From Octopus vulgaris (taxonomy: Eukaryota), in assembly GCA_951406725.2 (NCBI GenBank), contig OX597827.1, forward strand, positions 19,282,001 through 19,346,000: a DNA stretch of 64,000 bases, given 5' to 3'. The notes beneath the pieces are model-generated. The model was not told where the DNA came from, searched no databases, and worked only from the letters and a program-made list of their open reading frames with translations. Both the position numbers and the translations under genes were made by a program. Positions 53,656-64,000 of the stretch are shown piece after piece (positions within the stretch are counted from its first letter, which is position 1; each line of letters opens with the position of its first letter).

Positions 53656-54098
53656 GAGGTAAATGAAATAACAAACAAATGAATAAATGAGAGGATGGAT
53701 AGATGGATGAGAGGCTGAAGGCCACGGATGAAATTCCTTTGATCATCAGAGCTTGCTCAATCAAGGACAACTTGAGGCTAAACAATAACAACAACAATAA
53801 CTGAGAGGTTAAAGATCCAGACCACTACTCTTTGTTCATGAATTCAAACCTTACTGCAGCTTCTATGACTTGCATCAGCCTAAAAGAGCAACAAAATATT
53901 CTTGCACCTATTTTGCAACAAAATAGTGTAAGGCACGTAACTTTGCTTACAACAGTCTGCTTGGCTGACAAAACAGGTTCCTCTCTAACCCCCACAGTTC
54001 AGTGATTAGCTGCAACAAAGGGACAGGTGTAAAACAAACCAAAACATCAAAAACATTGCAGCTATGGAACTAATGGATAAAACAGCAGCAGCAGCAAC

Positions 54099-54134
<36 letters not shown>

Positions 54135-54358
54135 GGTGGTGGTGGTAGTGGTGGCGGCGGCGGTGGTAGTAGTAGTAGTAGTAGTGGTAGCAACTTGTAG
54201 TAGTAGTAGTAGTAGTAACTGCAGCAGTATTAATAGTGCCAAAAGTCACAGTACCTCCAGTAGTAGTAGTAGCGGTGGTGGTGGTGGTGGTGGTGGTGGT
54301 GGTAATTGTTGTTGTTAATTACTTTAGCTACTTTGCTAAATTAGTTTAAATTGATTAC

Positions 54359-54473
54359 CTGTGTTGATATCGGAGAGGACCGAATCAGAGACGGTCAGAC
54401 AACTCTTCTCCAGCATCAGCCGAGCATAGTTGGCAGCATAGCCCACCCTCAGTTCGTCTCCAATGTGTATTGT
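54359..54473 (-). CDS. PRDM/PLAG-like gene exon: C-terminal part of PR/SET domain
   Basis: Strong polypyrimidine tract and TTTCAG| acceptor. Translates TIHIGDELRVGYAANYARLMLEKSCLTVSDSVLSDINT (compare PRDM15 ELRVWYAAFYAKKM). Donor CAG|GTAATC; 115 nt, phase 0/1. Confidence 0.9.
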
Positions 54474-55643
54474 CTGAAAGAAAGGAACAGGGAGAAACAA
54501 GGATTAGTTACTATGGATACTCAAACAGAACATGCACACATTACACTTTCAATCATCATCATCATCATTTAACGTCCGCTTTCCATGCTAGCATGGGTTG
54601 GACGATTTTGACTGAGGGCTGGCGAACCAGACTCCAATCTGATCTGGCAGAGTTTCTACAGCTGGATGCCCTTCCTAACGCCAACCACTCCAATAGTGTA
54701 CTGGGTGCTTTTACGTGCCGCCGGCACGAGGGCCAGTTTAGTGGTACTGGCAACGGCCACGTCCAAATGGTGCTTTTTACGTGCCACCTGCACAGGAGCC
54801 AGTCCAGCAGCACTGGCAACGTCCTCGCTCAAATGTTTCACGTGCTAGTGAGGCGACGCGGTAACGATCACGCTCGAATGGTGTGCTTAACATGCCACTG
54901 GCATGAAGGTCAGTTTGTTGCCCAGGCAACGATCGCACTCATATGGTACTCTTAGCACTCCAAAGATAAATTGAGCTGTTCTGTTGTAGTACCTCAACAT
55001 TACATATACATAAAAAGCACCCACCCTGGTAACACATTAAAAGCTCTCAGTACACTATGTAAAGTGGTTGTTGTTAGGAAGTGCATCCAGCCATAGAAAT
55101 CGTGCTAAAACAGACGACAGGAACCTGATGCAACCCTCTGGCTTCCTTCTTCTTCTTCTTTGTTGTTTGTTCCTTCTTGAGCCTCGCCTGGCTCATAAGG
55201 GCCGGTTTCCCGGTTTCCTTGGCGTATAGGTTCCCCACCTGGACGGGACGCCGGTCCGTCGCAGGTGAGCTGCAAGATGCAGGAGGAAAGAGTGAGAGAA
55301 AGTTGTGGCGAAAGTGTCAGCAGAAGTTCGCCATTACCTTCTGCCGGAACCGTGTGGAGCTTAGGTGTTTCGCTCATAAACACACACATAGTCCGGTCTG
55401 AGATTCGAACCTGCGATCCCTCGACCGCGAGTCCACTGCTCCAACCATTAGGCCATGTGTCTCCACCATCAACATGTACCTCCTTGCAACAATGTAGCCT
55501 TTAATCTAATCAAGATATTCTTGGCCTGAAGAGTAGCCAGCAGTATACACCTCACTTGGACTTTACCACCTCTGCGGTTTCACTCGTTATGAAACATAAG
55601 TAGCCTGGATTTCCCATACTCCTTTCCATAACTCTTGTATATA

Positions 55644-55993
55644 CAGGGTTGGCCAAAAGTCATCTGACAGTAAATCAAAACTATTTAATTCCAAGATTTA
55701 TTTATGTTTAACAACTGAATGAATTTAATAGAAACACTGCCAGATCTGACTGACCTGATGCAGCCTTCGGGCTTCCCAGACCCCAATTGAACCGTCCAAC
55801 CCATGCTAGCATGGAAAGCGGATGTTAAACGATGATGATGATGATGATGATGATATCTAAATATGAAACATCATGAAAATTGTTCAAACTGAAGTCCTTC
55901 CTGAGCAACACATTTTTCCATTCGAGTCAATATAGAATTAGATAGAATTTATGGAATTTTGATTTAATGTCAGGTGACTTTTGGCTAACCCTG
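55644..55993. mobile_element. Tc1/mariner-type MITE with an inserted RTE 3' tail
   Basis: TIRs CAGGGTTGGCCAAAAGTCATCTGACA / TGTCAGGTGACTTTTGGCTAACCCTG. A (GAT)n-tailed fragment sits at about 55730-55855. Confidence 0.75.
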
Positions 55994-56017
55994 TGTATAT
56001 ATATATATATATATATA

Positions 56018-57140
56018 CAGGGGTTGGACAAAATAATGGAAACACCCAGCATCATAGCATCATAATTTTGAAATATCTATAAAACTGTCAAAATCTCATT
56101 TTAATGGTTTTTGATTTATTATCAGTGTTGCTCAATATGTTTTGCTAAATTTGCTGTTTCTTTTCAGATATCATCAGAAAAAGGTAATTAAAATCCATTA
56201 AAACGACAGATCTATCAGACTTTCAAAGAGGTCAAATTGTTGGTGCTCATATGGCAGGCACTGGCATAACGAAAATAGCCAAAATGTTTGCTGTATCAAG
56301 AAGTACTGTCTCGAAAGTAATGACAGCCTTTGAGAAAGAGGGAAAAACCTCCTCATAAAAACAAAACCATGGAAGAAAACCAAAACTTTCAGATAATAAC
56401 CGTCAGACTCTACAGCTCTCAAAATTACTGCAGTGCTTAATGACCACCTTGAGGACCCAGTTTCCACAAAAACTGTTTACCAGGAGCTGCACAAAGCCGG
56501 ATTTCACGGGAGGGCTGCAATCAGAAAACCACTACTTTCAAAAACAAACATTGCAAAGCGTTTAGAGTGGAGTAAAAAACCTACAAAATTGGTCTTTAGA
56601 GTGTGGAAGAAAGTTATTTTCTTGGATGAGTCATCCTTTGCCTTATTTCCACCCATGCTCAAGTATACATGTGGAGACAGCCAAAAGAAGCATTTTATCC
56701 AGACTGCCTTCTTCCAACTGTTAAACATGGAGGAGGATCTGTGATGATCTGAGGGGCTCTATCTTGGAAATCCGCTGGCCCAATGGTTTCCCTTCATGAT
56801 AAAATTAAAAGACTATTTAAGCATTCCAGGGGAAATGCAATCTTTCAGGATGATAATGCACCAATTCACACGGCTAAAATCATTACTGAATGGCACAAAG
56901 ATCTCAATATTTTAGAAAAACAAGTAAGGAGTCGGTATCCTCTACCATCATCACTACAAGAACTGGAGACTGTTTTAGCTGAAGAATGGAGAAAAATTCC
57001 TTTGGAAACAATTCAAACTTTGTATGAGTCCATACTCTGTGGAATTCAAGCTGTAATTACTGCCAAAGGCAGTCCTACCCAATATTAAAATAAATTTGTT
57101 TGAAATTTTAAGGTGTTTCCATAATTTTGTCCTACCCCTG
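56018..57140 (+). mobile_element. Degenerate Tc1-like DNA transposon
   Basis: 29-bp TIRs CAGGGGTTGGACAAAATAATGGAAACACC / GGTGTTTCCATAATTTTGTCCTACCCCTG with TA flanks. Broken transposase pieces: DLSDFQRGQIVGA, RKPLLSK, VIFLDES, IFQDDNAPIHTA. Confidence 0.9.
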
Positions 57141-57188
<48 letters not shown>

Positions 57189-57709
57189 TATCACCGTGAC
57201 CGACCAGGCTATCAGATGTTGCTACACATTCCTGGTCACAATGCGAAGCGCATTGTTTTTAGCCTTCAAATGACGCCACCCCGCTGGCTAAGCGAGCAGG
57301 CCAACAGAAGAAAGAGTGAGAGAAAGTTGTGGCGAAAGAGTACAGCAGGGATCGCCACCACCCCCTGCCGGAGCCTCATGGAGTTTTAGGTGTTTTTGCT
57401 CAATAAACACTCACAACGCCCGGCCTGGGAATCAAAACTGCGATCCTACGACCGCGAGTTCGCTGCCCTAACCACTGGGCCATTGCACCTCCACACACAC
57501 ACAAACATATATATATATATATATACCCCCACATCTATCACATAAGTATGTTGGTACACATGCACACACTGCATTCATGCAGATGCACACACAGACATCC
57601 ACTCCTCAAACGCTCAAACATACCCATACAGATACCCGCAACGAATACATGCATACATAATACAAATATCCATATATAAACACACACAAAAATTCTAAAA
57701 CATACTTAC

Positions 57710-57874
57710 CCGAATTGCTACAAAATATATTTTTCCATCACACTGGTAAGCTTCTAGATTCTGCTGTGTGTCAGCTAGACAGGCAGACCGTACAAACATC
57801 ATCCAGTTGCACTGACCGTTATCGGTCATGTCCAGTGTGACCACCGACTGAATAGATTCTCCACCATTAAATAC
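57710..57874 (-). CDS. PRDM/PLAG-like gene exon: core of PR/SET domain
   Basis: TAG| acceptor. Translates VFNGGESIQSVVTLDMTDNGQCNWMMFVRSACLADTQQNLEAYQCDGKIYFVAIR, with the hallmark CNWMMFVR and QNL.AYQ...IYF motifs. Donor CGG|GTAAGT; 165 nt, phase 0/0. Confidence 0.92.
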
Positions 57875-58651
57875 CTAGAAATGGACAATGGTAAAGAGAC
57901 AGTGAGACAGGACGGTTCCACAATCCATTGGTGTATATCACGCAGGGTACACTTTGTCTAAATCAGACCAGAAAGGAAGTTTCGAGAGCCAATTAAGGGA
58001 AGCGCTACATCAAGCATGGGCAACTATTTCATAGCGGCCACACTACTAAAAGAATTTGAGGTAATTTTTCATGGCTGTGTCATTCAGAATGCACTGCAGG
58101 CTGCAGTTTACCTACAACTGCTCTACATAGTTGTTCAACCTGCTAGAAATAGCAGGCAAATACCACACACACATAAGCAAACAAACAGAGTGTAAGGAAC
58201 ACTCTGTCGCATGTAAAAAGCACCATCCAATCGTGGCCATTGCCAGCCTCGTCTGGCCTCCGTGCCGGTGGCATGTAAAGAGCACCATCTGATCATGGCC
58301 ATTTGCCAGCCTCGTCTGGCACGTAAAAAGCACCTACTACATTCACAGAGTGGTTGGCGTTAGGAAGGGCATCCAGCTGTAGAAACACTGCCAGATCTGT
58401 TGCAGCTTTCTAGCTTCCCAGACCCCAGTTGAACCGTCCAACCCATGCTAGCATGGAAAGTGGATGTTAAACGATGATGATGATGATGTATTTCTATGGA
58501 CATTGACCGATAGATTTCAAACTGACCAAAATTTTGTCAATCTCATCGTTCAAAGCACCGTCCTCGTTTTTGGTAACTTATAAAACTAATTAAAGACAAC
58601 AACAATAAAACAAATAATCCCAAAAAAATTTTTTTAAATAACTGAATTTAC

Positions 58652-58779
58652 CTTTAGAATAAGTGAATTTGTCTGTACAGGTGTGTAATTGGCATCTGCT
58701 GGAAAAGGAGGGGCTACAACAGGTCCGAATTTGGAACGTGCTGGTATCACACGTTTGGCAAAAACTCCTCTTTCTGAAA
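58652..58779 (-). CDS. PRDM/PLAG-like gene exon: N-terminal part of PR/SET domain
   Basis: CAG| acceptor, with an alternative in-frame AG 6 nt downstream. Translates (V)SERGVFAKRVIPARSKFGPVVAPPFPADANYTPVQTNSLILK (GVFA...IP...FGP motif). Donor AAG|GTAAAT; 128 nt, phase 1/0. Confidence 0.88.
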
Positions 58780-58972
58780 CTGAAGAGTGAATGAGGGAAC
58801 ATGAAGTTGATGATGAAGTGGGACTTCAAACAAAATTACTAAAAGAAACAAGTTTTCCTTTCCGCTCAAGAACCTCTGTCACATCAGAGACAGCATTTCC
58901 ATCAAATAACAGAGCATTTGAGCCAATGAAGGAGTTTGATAGTAGCCACTCAACCTGTTAGAAATAAGAGTC

Positions 58973-59399
58973 GGATCTTTTCAGTTTGAACGGCAGTTTT
59001 TAACATAATTTCCAGGTAACTAAACACTTTTAAACTTCGTATACTGGTAGAATGTGTTTATAAAACATCTTTTTCTCTTGGCTTTATTGAGAAAATTCTA
59101 TGGTTTGTAAGATATTTGTTCTTTTTTTTTTTCTTCAATTTCTGCAATTTCAACCAATCAATGACCGTCTATTTAGGTAAAAAGCATTCTGTGCCGTATG
59201 AATATGTCCCTCTTTTAAGAAACAGACTGGGTTTATTTACATTTGTGAAGGAAAAAAAGAGACCCTTCCTCCCACCCCTAACCTAACCCTAACACTAAAA
59301 CAGATTGAAATGCAATACATTGATTCTAGGGTCATAATTATGGGTAACAATTTCATATGACACCGCTAGAAAAAACTGCCGGTCAAACCGAAAAGAACC
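58973..59399. mobile_element. Same MITE family, copy 4
   Basis: Same TIRs; TSD TAAGAGTC on both sides. Confidence 0.85.
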
Positions 59400-60701
59400 T
59401 AAGAGTCAAATAAATGTCCTTCAAATCACACTCCCACTTTCACCATCTTAACAAAAAAATGGGAAGGACACATTACATTAAAAAAATCTTAGATATAGGC
59501 ACATATTGAGTTTCACCATGGTCGCTGGACCTGTTAGACATAGCAGTCAAATCATCATTTAGTGTCCATTTTTCTATACAAGCATGGGTTGGATGGAATG
59601 ACAGGAGCTGGCAAGGCCAGGAGCCACACGAAATTCCATAGACTGTTTTGGTTTGGTTTCTACAGCTGGATGCCCTTCCTAATGCCAACCACTTTATAGA
59701 GTGTACAGGATACTTTTTTACAGGATGCCATCACCAGTGCTTTGTACGTGGCACCAGCACTCTTTACATGGCACTGTGGTTTCAGGATATTAATTCTATT
59801 GTAATGCTCACGGAGTGGTTGGCACTAGGAAGGGCATCCAGCTGTAGAAACGCTGCCAGATCAGACTGGAGCCTGGTGCAGCCTTCTGGCTTCCCAGATC
59901 CCCGGTCGAACCGTCCAACCCATGCTAGCATGGAAAGCAGACGTTAAACGATGATGATGAATGCACGATATACCTTAGTCCTTTGCCGGATCTCCTCTCA
60001 AATCGTACAATATCATTCTTGAAATCAGGACTGGCCATATTAGATAATATAGTCTTACATAATACCTAAAAAGACAGAATATTCAGAGCTGATATGCTTT
60101 TGACCATAGGACTGCTTGGTTAGGGCTTACCTGGGGTTAAACAACAGCACCTTTCCCAGCTCCAGCAGGAAAATGTATAACCTATTTCTTTACTACCCAC
60201 AAGGGGCTAAACATAGAGGGGTCGAACAAGGACTGACAAACGGATTAAGTCGATTATATCGACCCCAGTGCGTAACTGGTACTTATTTAATCGACCCCGA
60301 AAGGATGAAAGGCAAAGTCGACCTCGGCGGAATTTGAACTCAGAATGTAGTGGCAGACGAAATACCGCTAAGCATTTCACCCGGCGTGCTAACGGTTCTG
60401 CCAGCTCGCCGCCTTTGTATAACCATTTTTTTGTCTAGTGGAGGTGCATGGTTTGGTGATTAAGATATTGAGTTTACGAGCATAAGATTGTGATTTTGAT
60501 TCCTGGACCAAGCAATGTCTTGTGTTCTTGAGCAAAACACTTCTTTTACATTGCTTCAGTCCACTCAGCTGGTAAAAATGAGTAAATCTTGTGAAGGTCT
60601 GGCGTCCCATCCAGGGAGGAATATACATATACCAGAGAAACTGGGAAACTGGCCCCTATGCCCCTTATAGGGTAATATGGTCTAACCATTTCTTTCCTTA
60701 C

Positions 60702-60854
60702 CTTTTAGGGGATGAGTCTTGAGATTTGGTCGAATAACTAGTCCTTTTGGCAGTGTGAGGTGGGCCATAGGAGGAATGACCCTGTCCGGAATGTCTTGAA
60801 GGGGTCCATGTTCAGGGCAGTCCCGATTATTGCTGCGTCCACATTCATGGCACC
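60702..60854 (-). CDS. PRDM/PLAG-like gene, most 5' exon found: PR zinc knuckle
   Basis: Polypyrimidine tract and AAG| acceptor. Translates (W)CHECGRSNNRDCPEHGPLQDIPDRVIPPMAHLTLPKGLVIRPNLKTHPLK, the CxxC...CPxHGP knuckle plus LTLP typical of PRDM4/10/15. Donor G|GTAAGG; 153 nt, phase 1/1. Confidence 0.88.
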
Positions 60855-62499
60855 CTTAAAGGGGAAAAAAAAGAAAAGAATCAAATATTTGTTTCAAATC
60901 TTGGCACAAGACCATCAGTTTTAGTGAGGAGGAAGACAGTCAATCACATCAACCACCCCCAGTACTCGTCTGGTACTTATTTCATTGACCAAGAAAGAAC
61001 AAAATGCAAAATCAATTTAGGCAGAATTTGAACTCAGAACATAATGAGTCAGAAGAAATAACGAAAAGCACTTTTACCAACGTTCTAACAATTATGGAGC
61101 TTCAATGCTTTAGAAGACATCATCATCATCATCACCATCATCATCGTTTAACGTCTGCTTTCCATACTAGCATGGGTCGCACGATTTTGACTGAGGGTTG
61201 GCGAACCAGATGGTTGCACCAGGCTCCAATCTTGATTTGGCAGAGTTTCTACAGCTAGATTCCCTTCCTAACGCCAACCACTCCAAGAGTGTAGTGGGTG
61301 CTTTTTACGTGCCACCAGCACAGGGGCCAGTCAGGCAGTACTGGCAACGACCTTGCTCGAATCCTTTTACACATGCCATCAGCACAGGTGCCAGTAAGGC
61401 AACTTTGGTAATGATCACACTTGAATGGTAACCTTTTACGTGCCACTGGCACGGAAGCCAGTTGGCTGCTCTGGCAACGATCACACTCGGATGGTGCTCT
61501 TGGCACTCTACTAGCATGGGCACAAGTGCCAGTAAGGTGATGCTGGTAACTATCAGGCAATCAAATATTAATCAATATGGTGATGATGATGATGGTGGTG
61601 TTGATGATGGTAGTAGATCTTCCATCAACAGTTTTAATGATAAGCATTCAGTTGTTCAATCACCTCAACTACCGCCTCTTTCAATTATCATATAGACGGC
61701 TGAGTACTCCACCGACATATGTACCCTCCAGCATAATCCTCAGTCTGCCGAACCCCCCAATAAGCAGACACACAAAATATGAAAGACGACCATCAACCCA
61801 AAACCCCACAAAGACAAACACACAAGCAGCAAGACGTGCACGATACATGCAACCAACAACCTATAACACTTGGAGAGAACAAACAGAATATGAACAACCA
61901 CCAACACATAACACTGGACATCCTAAATGGACACACACATGGAACAATAAACAAGTGGATAGAAATCAACACATAACCTACAACAAACATCGAGGAAATC
62001 CAAAGCATACAAACACCAACCCCATGCGACGCCACAAAATTACAAGATGGATAAAAAACAACCCCCACTATCAATACAATACAAACACAAAACAAATGTA
62101 ATATGGTTGGACCTTTCAGTCACATGCACAATCCATCCAACAGGTTTCCATCTAGCCAATTTTATTCACAAGGCTTGGGTTAACCTAAGGTCATAAAAAA
62201 AAAAAAAAGGTAACCAAAAGGTGCCATACCATAGGATTGAAACCAAAACATGACTATGAAGTGAGGTTCTTAAGTGCTCAGCTAAGCCTGCAGTCATTAG
62301 GGGCCAATATAAATCATCTCGTCTGATCATAAACCCACTCAAAGCTGACCTGGGGTTCAACAACAACAATGACAGCCTGTTAGACCTATAAGAAATAATA
62401 ACCAAATCACCCTCAAACCACACTACATCCTACCATCATCACCGTCATCGTCGTCATCATCATCATCACTTTAACGTCCACTTTTACCATGATAGGGTG

Positions 62500-63013
62500 C
62501 AGAGAGCACCATACAAGCGTGATCATTGACAGAGCGGCTAATCGGCTTCCGTGCCAGTGGCACTTAAAGGGCACCATTCAAGCGTGATCGTTACCAGCGT
62601 CGCCTTACTGGCACTTGTGCCCATGCTAGTAGGGTGCCAAGAGCACCATCCAAGCGTGATCGTTGCCAGAGTAGCCAACTGGCTTCCGTGCCAGTGGCAC
62701 GTAAAAGGGCACCATTCGAGTGTGATCATTACCAAAATCGCCTTCTGGCACCTGTGCTGATGGCATGTGTAAAAGGATTCGAGCGAGGTCATTGCCAGTA
62801 TCACCTGACTGGCCCCTGTGCCGGTGGCACGTAAAAAGCACCCACTACACTCTCGGAGTGGTTGATGTTAGGAAGGGCACCCAGCTCTAGAAACTCTGCC
62901 AAATCAAGATTGGAGCCTGGTGCAGCCATCTGGTTCGCCAGCCCTCAGTCAATATCGTCCAACCCATGCTAGCATGGAAAGCGGACATTAAATGATGATG
63001 ATGATGATGATGA
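62500..63013 (+). mobile_element. RTE 3'-UTR-derived repeat with (GAT)n tail (representative copy)
   Basis: GTGGCACGTAAAAAGCACCC...GGAAGGGCA.CCAGCT.TAGAAAC...CCCATGCTAGCATGG...(GAT)n, matching the LINE 3' end at 51630-51819. Copies at about 28398-28800, 32640-33100, 51882-52180(-), 54553-54945(-), 58205-58488, 59805-59960, 61117-61550(-) and 63550-63840. Confidence 0.85.
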
Positions 63014-64000
63014 TGTAAGGGTCAAACAAGAGTTTATTCAGGCAGATTTTCGATGGCCAGATGCCCTTCCTGTCACCAACCCTTACTTGTTTCCTAACAA
63101 GTTAATCTTTCCCCAAGGCCAGACATGTTTTTGCAGAATACTGGAAATAACTGACACTGCTTGTATGAGAGTGATTATCATTTTAAAACTGTCAAATGAT
63201 ATCAAGACAAGGGAACACAAACACACACACATGAGGTACACAGCCTAAGGGTTAAGGTGTTGCGCTCATGATTGCGGGATCATGGTTTCAATCCCTGGAC
63301 TGGCTGATGCATTGAGTAAAACAGTTGAGCAAAACACTTTATCTCATGTTGCTCTACAACCACTTCAGCATCTGATGCGGTACACTGAGTACCTGTTCAG
63401 GGAATGTCGATTTGATGGAGAGAGGGAGCTGATGTACAGTGCATACATTTGACCCCTATAAACAAATATCCCAGATTCAGTTGAACCATCCAACCCATGC
63501 CAGCATGGAAAGCGGACGCTAAACGATGATGATGATATATATATATATAAAAGCACCGTCCGAACGTGGCAGATACTAGCGTCGCCTGACTGGCGTCCGT
63601 GTTGGTGATACGTAAAAGCACCAACCGATCGTGGCCATTTCCCAGTCTACTCTGGCTTGTGCCGGTGGCACGTAAAAAAACACTCACGGAGTGGTTGGCG
63701 TTAGGAAGGGCATCTAGCTGTAGAAACACTGCCAAATCAGACTAGAGCCTGGTGCAGCCCCCATGGCTTACCAGACTCCGGTTGAACCGTCCAACCCATG
63801 CTAGCATGGAAAACGGACGTTAAATGATGATGATGATGATATACACAACGGGCTTCCTTCAGTTTCTGTCTTCCAAATCCACTCACAAGGGCTTTGGTCA
63901 GCCCGAGGTTATAGTAGAAGATACTTGACCAAGGTGCCACGCAGTGGGACCGAACCCGGAACCATGTGGTTGGTAATCAAGCTACTTATCACACTGCCAC

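Noticed and set aside
61577-62101. 174-aa ORF rich in T/N/H/Q
   Set aside because: Begins in a (GAT)n tract and reflects an A/C-biased degenerate repeat; no recognisable domain.
60855-64000. Search for the ATG-containing first exon of the PRDM/PLAG-like gene
   Set aside because: No convincing phase-1 exon ending in T was found; it is probably outside the window or too short to recognise.

Overview
Repeat-rich eukaryotic (animal) genomic DNA; the SINE, RTE-tail and microsatellite content suggests an octopod cephalopod (inference, not verified). I reconstructed two convergent spliced host genes by hand. The first is a two-exon GADD45GIP1/CRIF1 (mitoribosomal mL64) gene on + (25178-33485). The second is a 5'-incomplete gene of at least six exons on - (44923-60854) that joins a PR zinc knuckle and a PRDM4/10/15-type PR/SET domain to a PLAG1-like C2H2 zinc-finger array; the ORF track shows only its last exon and part of one linker exon. 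Mobile DNA includes a young Penelope-like element (RT + GIY-YIG) with a 1.23-kb inverted duplication of its 3' end and variant hammerhead motifs, several short (TA)n-embedded inserts carrying minimal hammerhead-like motifs, a 5'-truncated RTE-type LINE with an intact RT frame, Tc1/mariner relics, Helitron-like elements, a GG-terminated 8-bp-TSD MITE family carrying TTAGGG repeats, and many tRNA-derived SINEs. Most short ORFs in the track are microsatellite or SINE artefacts. All coordinates were read by eye and no database searches were run.
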